NCBI RefSeq assembly: GCF_009914755.1
Contig: NC_060948.1
Direction: 5' to 3' (one strand)
DNA: 64,000 nucleotides
Origin: the human T2T-CHM13v2.0 reference genome, Homo sapiens
A model generated the notes under the pieces. It was not told the origin of the DNA and did not search any database. It was given only the letters and a program-made list of their open reading frames with translations. The position numbers and the translations under genes were made by a program. This document shows positions 45,710-57,545 of the stretch, piece after piece. Every line of letters begins with the position of its first letter. The first letter of the stretch is position 1.

Positions 45710-46695
45710 ATTTCATTTCAACACTCCATTCCATTCCTTTCCATCACTCCACTCCACTCCATTCCAATCAATTCCACTCCACTCCATTCCAATAAAATCC
45801 ACTAGTCTCAAATACAATCAATTCCATTCCACTCCACTCCATTCCGTTCCATTCCATTCCATTGCATATCACTTCTCTCCTACCCACTACAATCAACTCC
45901 AGTCTACGCCTCTCCACTCCACTTCTTTTCATTCCGTTCCATACCATTCCATTCCATTCTGTTCCATTCCATTCCACTCCACTCCACTCCATTACATTCC
46001 ATTTCCCTCCATTCCACTCCACTCCACTCCAGTCCACTCCACTCTATGCCAATACATTCCATTCCATTCCAATCCATTCCACTCCATTACACTCCACTCC
46101 ATTCCATTCCATTCCATTCCACTCCATTCAGTGCCATTCTATTCCTTTCAATACCATTCAATTCCATTCCACTCCTTTCCATTCCGTTCCACTCCACTCC
46201 ACTCCATTCCATTCCACTCAAATCCACTCCACTCCACTCCACTCAAATCCACTCCACTCCACTTCACTCCATTCAATTCTATTCCATTCCATTCTGCTCC
46301 TTTCTATTTCATTCCAGTCCATTCCATTCCTTTAAACGCCATTCCACGCCCCTCCATTTCACTCGATTCTACTCCACTCCTCTCCACTCTACTCCACTTC
46401 ACTTCACTCTATTCCATTCCTCCCCATTCCTTTCCATTCCACTCCATTCCACTCCACTCCATTACACTCAAATCCAGTCCTTTCCACTCCATTCCGTTCC
46501 ATTCCACTCCATTCCATTCCATTCCTCTACATTCCATTCCATTCCATTACACTACATTCCACTCCATTCCTCTCCACTCCATTCCAATCCACTCCACTCC
46601 ATTGCACTCAACTACATTCTACTCCAGTCCATTGCACTCCATTACATTCAACTCCACTCCATTCAATTCCACTGTTCTCCATTCCATTTCTTTTC

Positions 46696-46759
46696 TTTAT
46701 TTCAGCTGGAACTCACTGTGTCACCCAGACTGGATTGCAGTGGAACAATGTTAACTCAC
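46696..46759 (-). mobile_element. AluJ-like fragment, copy 34 (near-identical to copy 33)
   Basis: ctcactgtgtcacccagactggattgcagtggaacaatgttaactcac. Confidence 0.82.
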
Positions 46760-47545
46760 ATTTCATTTCAACATTACATTCCATTCCTTTCCATCACTTC
46801 ACTCCACTCCATTCCAATCAATTCCACTCCACTCCATTCCAATAAAATCCACTAGTCTCAAATACACTCCATTCCATTCCACTCCACTCCACTCCATTCC
46901 ATTCCATTACATTCCATATCACTTCTCTCCTATCAACTACCGTCAACGCCACTCTACACCTCTCCACTCCACTTCTTTTCATTCCGTTCCATACCATTCC
47001 ATACCATTCCATTCCATTCTGTTCCATTCCCTTCCACTCCATTCCACTCCATTGCATTCCGTTTCCCTCCATTCCACTCCACTCCACTCCAGTCCACTCC
47101 ACTCTACGCCAATACATTCCTTTCCATTCCATTCCATTGCATGCCATTCCATTCCATTCCACTGCACTCCTATCAACTCCTCTCAACTTCACTACTGTCC
47201 ACTCCTTTCCATTCCATTCTGTTCTGCTCTGTTCCATTCCATTCCGTTCATTTCCACTCCACTCCACTCCTCTACATTCCATTACATGTAATTCCATTTC
47301 ACTGCATTACACTACCCTCCACACCACTGCACTCAACTCCAATCCATTCCAATTCATTCCATTCCATTCTGCTCCTTTCCACTGAACTGCACTCCACCAC
47401 ACTCCACTCCACTTCGTTCCATTCCATTCCATCCCATTCCATTCCACTCCATTCCACTCCACCCCACCTCACTCCACTGCACTCCACTCCAGTCCACTCC
47501 ATTGCATACCATTCCATTCCATTCCACTGCATTCCATTCCATTTC

Positions 47546-47609
47546 TTTCTTTTCAGAATATCTCCCTCTGTCACCCAACCTGGAGTGCAGTGGCACAATC
47601 TCTGCTCAC
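47546..47609 (-). mobile_element. AluJ-like fragment, copy 35
   Basis: ctctgtcacccaacctggagtgcagtggcacaatctctgctcac. Confidence 0.85.
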
Positions 47610-47887
47610 ATTTTATTTCACAATTCCATTCCATTCCATTCCATTCCGCTCCATTCCACTCCACTCCAATCATTTCCACTCCATTGCATTCCAGTCCACT
47701 CCATTCCGTTCGGTTACATGCCATTCCATTCCATTCCTTTCAACTCCTTTCCACTCTGCTCCACTCCATTCCATTCCAATCTACTCCACTCTCCTCTTTT
47801 CCATTTCCTTCCATCCCATTCCATTCTACTCCTTTCCACTCCATTCCATTCGGTTCCATTCCATTCCATTTCATTCCTTTTCAATAT

Positions 47888-47951
47888 TTTCTTTCGACAG
47901 GATCTCACTCTGTACCACAGGCTGGAGTGCAGTTGCAAAATCACAGCTCAC
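47888..47951 (-). mobile_element. AluJ-like fragment, copy 36
   Basis: gacaggatctcactctgtaccacaggctggagtgcagttgcaaaatcacagctcac. Confidence 0.85.
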
Positions 47952-48834
47952 ATTTCATTTCAGCATTCCATTCCATTCCATTGCATTCCATTCTATTCCA
48001 TTCCATTACACTCCGTTTCATTCCAATCCATTCCATCCCTTTCCATTCCATTGCATTCCATTCCATTCCACTGCACTGTGATCCACTCCACTCAACTCCG
48101 CTCCACTCCAGTCAATTCCATTCCATTCCACTCCATTTCAATCCATTCCACTCCATTACATTTCATTCCACTGTACTAAATTCCATTCCATTCCACTGTA
48201 CTCCAGTGCACTCCACTCCACTACTTTCCACTCCACTCCACTCTGTTACACACCTCTCCATTCCATTCAATTCCATTTTCTTCCATTCCATTCCATTCCA
48301 CTGCACTCCTTTCTATTCCACTCAACTCCATTCCACTCCACTGCATTCAGTTCCCTTCCTTTCCATTCAATTCCCTTCCATTCCTTTCCCTTCAGTTCCA
48401 TTCCTTTCCATTCTACTCCACTGCCTTCCATTCCACTCCATTTCACCCCATTCGACTCCATTCTACTCTACTCCATACCACTTCACTCCACTCCACTCCA
48501 CTGTACTCCACTCCAGTCCATTCCATTCCCTTGCGTTCCATTCAGTTCCAATCCATTTCCCTCCCTTCTATTCCACTCCACTCCACTCCACTCCATTTCT
48601 CTCCATTCCACTACATTCCTCTCCACTCCATTCCACTCCACTCCACTCCCTTCCATTACACTTCAATCCATTCTATTCCACTCCATTCCCTTCTATTCCA
48701 TTACACTCCATTCCTCTCCATTCCACTCCACTCCATTCTTCTCCAATCCATTATACTCCACTCCACTCCATTCGACTCCATTCCGTTAACCTCCACCTCA
48801 TTCCTTTCCATTCTACTCCATTCCATTCCATTCT

Positions 48835-48898
48835 TTTATTTCGTCTAAATCTCACTCTGTCACCAAGACTGGAATGGAGTAGAACAATCTTAGCTCAC
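48835..48898 (-). mobile_element. AluJ-like fragment, copy 37
   Basis: tctcactctgtcaccaagactggaatggagtagaacaatcttagctcac. Confidence 0.8.
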
Positions 48899-49894
48899 AT
48901 TTCTTTTCACAATACCATTCCATTCCATTCCATCCCATTCCATTACACTCCACTCCATTCCTTTCCAGTCCACTCCAATCCACTCTACTCAACTCCACTC
49001 CATTCTATTCCACTCCATTTCAATCCACTCCACAACTTGCATTTCCATTTCATTCCATTCCTTTTCATTCTATCCTAATGCACTCCCATCCACTCCACGC
49101 AACTCCACTGCACTCCAGGCCACAACACGCCATTCTGATCCTTTCCATTTCGTGCTCTTCCATTCCACTCCTTTCCATTCCACTCCTCTGATTTCCATTC
49201 CACCCCACTCCACTCCACTCCACTCCATTCCATTCCTTTCCATTCCAGTCAAATCCCTTCACTCCATTCCATTCAATTCCATTCCCTTCCATTCCATTTC
49301 ATTCCATTCCATTCCATTCTACTGCACTCCAATCCACCCGTCTCATCTCCACTCCACTCCATTCCGTTCCTTTCCGTTCCATACCATTCCATCGCATTCC
49401 AATCCATTACTGACCATTCCATTCCTTTCCATTCCATTCCATTCCACAACACTCTATTCCGTTCCACTCCGTTCAACTCCATTCCACTCCAATCCACTCC
49501 ACGGCACTCCACTCCACTGCACTCCAATATACTTCATTCCATTCCATTAAATTCCACTGCACAAATAGCTAATCCACTCACCTCCACTCCATTCCCATCC
49601 ACTCCACTCCATTCCATTCTGTTCCATTCCATTCCATTCGGTTGCTTTCCATTCCACTCAATACCACTCCACTCCATTCCACTCCATAATATTGCACTCC
49701 ACTCCACTCAATTCCACTCCATTCCACTCCATTCCATTAAATTCCATTTCACTCCATTCCACTCGACCCACGTCCACTGCTTTCCACTCCACTCCATTCC
49801 AAACCACTACATTCCACTCCACTCCATTCCATTCCCCTCTGTTCCATTCCACCTCACACCATTCTGCTCCATTATATTCCATTCCATTCCATTC

Positions 49895-49958
49895 TTTATT
49901 TCGACCGGGTCTCACTCTGTCACCCAGACTGGAGTACAGTGGCACAATAATAGCTCAC
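49895..49958 (-). mobile_element. AluJ-like fragment, copy 38
   Basis: gaccgggtctcactctgtcacccagactggagtacagtggcacaataatagctcac. Confidence 0.88.
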
Positions 49959-51900
49959 ATTACAGTTCAACATTCCATTGCATTCCATTCCATTCCACTC
50001 CATTCCATTCCATGCCATTCCATTCCATTCCTTTCCATTCCATTGCATTCTATTCCAGACCCCTCCACTCCACTGCACTCCATTCCATTTCATTCATTTC
50101 CACTCCATTCCATTCCACTCCACTCCATTCCATTACATTCCATTCCAATCCTCTCCACTCTACTGCACTTCTCCCCACTCCACTGCACTCCGTTCCATTC
50201 CATTGCATTTAACTCCACTTCATTGCTTTCCATTCCACTCCATTTGAATCCATGCCATTCCATTCCATTCCGTTCCATTCTTTTGCATTCCTTCATTCCA
50301 TTCCACTGCACTCCTATAGACTACACTCAATTCCAAACAAATCCACTCCATTAGGTTCTGTTTCATTCCATTTCTTTCCTTTCAATTCCACTAAATTCCA
50401 ATCCATTCCATTTAACTGCAGTCTGATCCACTCCACTCAACTTCACTCCACTCCACTCCATTCAGTGCACACCTTTTCACTCCATTCCACTCCATTCCAC
50501 TTCATTCCATTTTATTCCACTGCACTGCAATAAAAAATACTCAACTCCACTCCACTCCACTCCATTCCATTCTGTACTTTTCCGTTCCTTTCTTTTCCAT
50601 TCTTTTGCACTCCACTCCATTCCACTCCACTCAATTCCATCCTATTTCATTTTACTCCTTTCCTCTCCATTCCACTCCACTCCATTTTACTCCACTCCAC
50701 TCAACTCCATTCCATTCCACTCCATTACTTTCCATTACACTACATTCGAATCCAAATCATCCCACTCCATTCTACTCCATTCCTCTCCACTCCATTCCAC
50801 TCCACTCCATTTCAATCAACTCCACTCAGTTCCACTGAATTCCATTCCATTAAACTCCATTCCATTCCATTGCATTCCATTCCATTCCATTCCATTCCAT
50901 TCCATTCCATTCCTTTCCATTCATTCCATTCCATTCCACACCATTCCTTTCCAGTCCACTTGATTCCATTCCAATCCAATCCACTCCACTCCAATCTGTT
51001 CCATTCCATTCCATTCTGCTACACTACATTCCCCCCTATTCCATTCCACCCCACACCATTCTGCTCCATTCTGTTCCATTCCATTCCATTTCTTTCCATT
51101 CCTTTCATTCCTTTTCATTCCGCTGCACTCCAATCCACTCCAGTCTATTCCAAACCAATCCACTCCGTTTAGTTCCGTTCCTTTCCATTTCTATCCATTC
51201 CATTCCATTACATTCCAATTCATTCCATTTCACTGCACTCCGATCCACTCCACTCAACTTTACTCTACTCCACTCCACTCCATTCCGTTTCACACCATTC
51301 CACTCCATTCTACCCCACACCAGTTCATTCCTTTCCATTCCATTTTATTCCACTGCATTCTGATAAATAACACTCAACTCCACTCCACTCGACTCTATTT
51401 CATTCCATACTCTTCCGTTCCGTTCTTTTGCACTCCACTCCGTTCCACTCCACTCAATTCCAACCCATTCCTTTTTACTCCTTTTCACTCCATTTCACTC
51501 CACTCCATTTTACTCCACTCCACTCAACTCCATTCCATTCCACTCTATTCCATTCCATTACACAACAATCGATTCCATTTCATTCCACTCCATTCTACTC
51601 CATTCTTCTCCACTTCATTCCACTCCACTCCGTTACACTCAACTCTGTTCTATTCCATTCCATTCCATTCCATTAAACTCCATTTCATTCCATTCCATTC
51701 CATTCCATTCTATTCCATTCTATTCCACACCATTCCTTTCCACTCCACTCGATTCCATTCCAATCCACTCCACTCGATTCCATTCCAATCCACTCCACTC
51801 CAATCCACTCCATTCCATTCGATTCTGCTCCACTGCATTCCCCTCTATTTCTTTCCACCTCACACCATTCCGCTCCATTCTCTTCCATTCCATTCCATTC

Positions 51901-51964
51901 TTTATTTCGACTTGATCTCACACTGTCTTCCAGAATGGAGTGCAGTGGCACAATATTAGCTCAC
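51901..51964 (-). mobile_element. AluJ-like fragment, copy 39
   Basis: ccagaatggagtgcagtggcacaatattagctcac. Confidence 0.82.
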
Positions 51965-53671
51965 ATTACATTTCACCATTCCGTTGCACTCCATTGCTTT
52001 CCATTGTATTCCATTCCATTCCATCGCATTCCATTCCAGACCACTCCACTCCACTCCACTCCACTCCACTCCATTCCATTCCATTCCTTTAAAATCCATT
52101 CCAGTGAAGTCCGATCCAAAAATTCAACTCCACTCCACTGCATTTCACTCTTCTCCTTTGCATTCTGCTCCTTTCCATTCGGATCCATTCCATTCCTTTC
52201 TCTTCCATTCCATTCCATTCCTTTCCATTCCATTTCATTCCTTTCCATTCCATTCCACTCCACTCCATTCCCTTCCATTCCACTCCATTCCATTCCATTC
52301 CATTCCACCCAATTCCATTCCTCTCCATTCCACTCCACTCCACTCCAATCCACTCCAATCCACTCCACTACACTCCAAACCATTCCAGTCTACTCCACTC
52401 TACTCCTCTCCATTTCTTTCCATTTTATTCAATTCCATTTTCTTCCATTCCACACCACTCCCTTCCATTCCATTCCATTCCATTCCATTCCACTCCATTC
52501 CATTCCATTCCATTCCATTCCACTGAATTCCCATCCACTCCAGTCAACTCCACACCACTCCAATCCACTCCACTATGTTCCGTTCCATTCCATTCCATTC
52601 AATTCCATTGAATTCCTTTCCATTCCATGCCATTCCAAACCACTTCATTCCATTCCAATCCATTCCCGTTCATTTCATTCCACTCCACTCCACTCCATTC
52701 AATTCCATTCCTTTCCACTGCACTCCAATCCACTCCACTCAACTACATTCCACTCCACTCCACTCTGTTCTATTGCATTCCCTTGCATTCAATTCCATTA
52801 TGTTCCATTCGATCCCACTCCATTCCCACCCTCTCCACTCTATTCCACTCTGTTCCATTACACTTCATTCCACCTCATTTCTCTCCATTCTACACCATTC
52901 CTCTCCATTCCATTCCACTCCATTCCACTCCAGTCAATTCCACTCCATTCCATTCGACACCACTCTAATCCATTCCATTCCACTCAATTCCACTACACTC
53001 GACTCCACTCCACTCCGTTCCATTCCACTCCTCTAAACTCCGTTCCATTTCAATCCATTAATTTCCATTTCATGACATTCCATTCCACTGCATGTTGATA
53101 CACTCCACTCAACTCCACTCCACTCCACTCCGTTCCATTCCATTTCGTTCTATTCCATTCCATTCCACCCTACTTCATTTCATCCCACTGCATTCCACCA
53201 CACTCCACTCCACTCCACTCCTGTCCTTTCCATTTCATTCCATTCCGTTCCACTGCACTCAAATCCACTTCACTCAATACCACACCACTTCACTCCATTC
53301 CATTCCGTTCCATTTCGTTCTATTTCATTTCGTTTAACTCCATTCCTTTTGATTCCACTCCACTCCAATCCACTCCATTCCACTCTATTCCACTTCACTG
53401 CAATACAATGCACTCTACTCCACTCCATTTCATTCCTCTCCATTCCTTTCCATTCTACTCCATTCCATTACATTGCATTTCACTCCATGCTACTCTATTC
53501 CACTCCACTCCATTGCACTCCACTCCATTCCACTCTACTCTACTCCATTCCATTCAATTCCACTCCGTTCCATTTTATTCCACTTCTTGTCACTCCATTC
53601 CACTCCACTATACTCCATTTCACTGCACTCCATTCCATTGCATTCTACTCCTTTCCATTCCATTCCATTCC

Positions 53672-53735
53672 ATTATTTCGACTAGATCTAACTCTGTCAC
53701 CCAGAGTGGAGTGCAGTTTCACAATCTTAGCTCAC
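53672..53735 (-). mobile_element. AluJ-like fragment, copy 40
   Basis: actctgtcacccagagtggagtgcagtttcacaatcttagctcac. Confidence 0.85.
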
Positions 53736-53937
53736 ATTACCTTTCATCATTCTGGTACTTCCATTTCATTAGATTCCACTCCATTCCAATCAACTCCACT
53801 CCACTCCACTCCATTCCATTCAATTCCACTCAATTCCATTTAATTTCACTCCTTGTCACTCCATTCCATTCCACTACACTCCATTCCACTCCCCTCCATT
53901 CCGTTGCATTCTACTCCTTTTCATTCCATTCCTTTCC

Positions 53938-54001
53938 ATTATTTCGACTTGAACTCACTCCATCACCCAGAGTGGAATGCAGTGGCACAATCTTATCTCA
54001 C
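53938..54001 (-). mobile_element. AluJ-like fragment, copy 41
   Basis: tcacccagagtggaatgcagtggcacaatcttatctcac. Confidence 0.82.
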
Positions 54002-54896
54002 AGTACATTTCGTCATTCCATTACATTCCATTTCTTTAGATTCCACGACATTCCAATCAACTTCACTCCACTCCACACAATGTGACAACACTCCATTCCA
54101 TTCCATTTTCTTCCATTTCATTCCACTGCACTCCAATCCACTCCCTTCGTCTCCACTCCACTCCAATCCAATCCATTCTGTTCCATTCCATTTAATTCCG
54201 TTTCATTCCATTCCATTCCATTCCATTCCATTCCATTCCATTCCATTCCAATCCACTCCATCCATTCCACTCCATTCCCGTCCATTCCCCTCCACTCCAC
54301 TCCATTCCCGTCCATTCCCCTCCACTCCACTCCATTCCATTCCATTCCATTCCACTCCATTCCATTCTATTCCATTCCATTCCACTGCACTGCCATCGAC
54401 TCCAGTCAACTCCACACCACTCCTATGCACTCCACTATGTTCCTTTCCATTCCATTCCATTCCATTCCATTGAATTCCGCTCCATTCCATGCAATTCCAA
54501 ACCACAACATTCCATTCCACTGCATTCCACTCCATTCCTTTCCACTCCACTCCACTGCATTCAATTCCATTCCATTCCACTGCACTCCAGTCAACTCCAC
54601 TCAAATGCATTCCACTCCACTCCACTCCACTCCACTCCACTCCACTCCACTCCACTCCACAGTTCCAATGTGTTCCCTTGCATTTCATTCGGTTCTGTTC
54701 CGTTTAATTCCACTCCATTCCCTTCCTCTCCACTCCATTCCACTCCACTCCTTTTCACTCCATTCCATTCCATTCCACTCCTCTCCACTCCACTGCACTC
54801 CATTCGATTTGACTCCCTTTCATTCCACTACCCTCCATTCCGTTTCATTCCATTCCTCTCCATTCCTTTCTTTTCTACTCCACTCCATTTCACTGC

Positions 54897-54954
54897 TTAA
54901 TTTCTACTCACTCTTTCACACAGACTGGAGTGTAGTGGCACACTCTTAGGTTGC
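54897..54954 (-). mobile_element. AluJ-like fragment, copy 42 (short internal deletion)
   Basis: ctcactctttcacacagactggagtgtagtggcacac. Confidence 0.8.
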
Positions 54955-55402
54955 ATTTCATTTCAAAATTCCATTCCATTCCACTCCATTCCATTCCATT
55001 CCACTTCACTCCATTCCATTCCATTCAATTCCTTTTCATTCCACTGAACTCCAATCCACTTCACTCAACTCCACTCCACTCTATTCCTCTCCATTCCATT
55101 CCATTCTATTCCATTCCATTCCATTCCATTCCATTCCATTCCGATTCATTCCATTTCATCCCATTCCTTTCCTTTCCATTACCTTACATTCCACTCCATT
55201 CCATTCCATTCCACTCCAGTCCACTCTAATCCATTCCATTCCATTCCACTCCACTCCATTCCATTCCATCCCACTCTATTTCACTCCATTCCACTACAAT
55301 CCATTCCACTCCACTCCATTCCATTCCCTTACACTCCACTCCATTCCCTTACACTCCACTCCATTCCAGTGTGTTCTACCCCATTCCATTCCTTTCCTTT
55401 CA

Positions 55403-55466
55403 TTTATTTTGGCTTGACCTCACTCCATCACCTAGACTGGAGTACAGTGTCACAATCGTAGCTCAC
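55403..55466 (-). mobile_element. AluJ-like fragment, copy 43
   Basis: tcacctagactggagtacagtgtcacaatcgtagctcac. Confidence 0.8.
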
Positions 55467-56004
55467 ATTTAATTTCACCAATGCATTCCATTCCATTACA
55501 TTCCAAAATATTCCATTCCTCTCCACTCCACTCCCCTCGATTCCATTCCGCTCAACTCCACTCCACTCCATTCCATTCCATTCCATTCCACTCTATTCCT
55601 CTGCACTCTGATCCACACCACTCAACTCCAATCCCCTCCACTCTACTCCAACACGTTCCATTCTTTTACATTCCACTCTGTTCCATTCCATTCCATTTGG
55701 TTTCACTCCATTACATTCCACTCCATTCCATTCCTTTGCACTCCATTCCATTCTACTCCAGTCCACACTATTCCACTCCACTCCACACTATTCCACTCCA
55801 CGCCATTGCTGTCCACTGCTTTCCACTCCACTCCATTCAAATCCATTCCACACCACTCCACTCCATTCTATTCTAGTCCATTTCACTCCATTCCACTGCA
55901 CTCCATTGACCTCCACACCATTCCACTCCACTTCACTCCATTCTACTCCATTCCATTCCACTCCAATCCATTTAATTCCATTCTACTTCATTCCATTGTA
56001 TTAC

Positions 56005-56068
56005 TTTATTTTGATTGGATCTTTTTCTGTCACCTAGACTGGAGTGCAGTGGCACGATATTAGCTCAC
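56005..56068 (-). mobile_element. AluJ-like fragment, copy 44
   Basis: ctgtcacctagactggagtgcagtggcacgatattagctcac. Confidence 0.85.
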
Positions 56069-57481
56069 ATTTCATTTCACCATTCCATTCCATTCCATTA
56101 CACTCCACTCTACTACACTGCACTCCACTGCATTGTATACCTTTTCATTCCTTTTCTTTCCATTCCATTCCATTCCATTCCATTCCATCCCATTCCATTC
56201 CATTCCATTCCATTCCATTCCATTCCATTGCACTCCATTCCATTCCACTGCCCTCTGATCCACCCCACTCAACTCCACTCCATGCCATTCTGTTCTGTTC
56301 TGGTCTATTCCATTCCCTTCTATTCCCTTCCATTCTGTTCCATTCCTTTCCATTTCAAGCCATTCCATTCCATTCCACTGCATTCGTCTCCTTTCCACTA
56401 CACTTCGCTCCACTCAATTCTATGCCATTGCATTCCACTACATTCTGATCCACTCCAATCAACAACACTCCGCTTCTCTCCACTCCACTCCATTTCATTC
56501 CATTCTGCTCCATTCCATTCCATTTCATTCCACTCCATTCCATACCATGCCAGTCTATTCCACTCCATTCCATTGCACTTCATTCCACCTCATTCCTGTC
56601 CATTCTACAAAATTCCACTCCATTCAATTCCACTCCATTCCATTCCACTCCATTCCACTCCACTCCATTCCACTCCATTCCATTTGACCCAGCTCCAGTC
56701 CATTCCATTCCACTCCATTCCACTACACTCGACTCCACTCCATTCCATTCCACTCCTCTAAACTCTGTTCCATTCTAATCCATTAATTTTCATTTAATTA
56801 CGTTCCATTCCACTGCACTTTGATTCACTCCACTCAACTCCACTCCACTCCATTCCATTCCATTCCTTTCTATTCCATTCCTTTCCATTCCATTTCATTC
56901 CATTCTTTTCCATTCCGTTTAACCCGACTCCATTTCATTCCACTTCATTCCACGACACTCCACTCCAGTCCACTCCACTCCTCTCCTTTCCGTTCCATTC
57001 CATTCCACTACACTCGAATCCACTTCATTCAACATCACTGCACTCCACTCCATTCCATTCCATTCCATTCCATTCTGTTCCATTTCATTTCATTCAACTC
57101 CATTCCTTTTGATTCCACACCACTCCACTCCACTCCATTTCACTCAAGTCCAATCCATTCCACTTCTCTACAATGTAATGCACTCCACTCCACTACATTC
57201 CATTCCACTCCATTCCATTCCATTCCATTCTTCTCCATTCAATTTCTTTGCATTGTACTCCATTCCATTCCATTCCATTTCACTCCATGCTACTCCATTC
57301 CACTCCACTCCTTTGCACTCCACTCCATTCCACTCCACTGCACTCCATTCCACTCCATTCCATTCAATTCCACTCCATTCCATTTTTTTCCACTTCTTGT
57401 CACTCCATTCCACTGCACTACACTCCATTCCACTCCACTTCATTCCATTGCATTCTACTTCTTTCCATTCCATTCCATTCG

Positions 57482-57545
57482 AATATTTCAACTAGATCTC
57501 ACTTCGTCACCCAGAGAAGAGTGCAGTGGCACAATCTTAGGTCAC
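57482..57545 (-). mobile_element. AluJ-like fragment, copy 45
   Basis: gtcacccagagaagagtgcagtggcacaatcttaggtcac. Confidence 0.82.
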
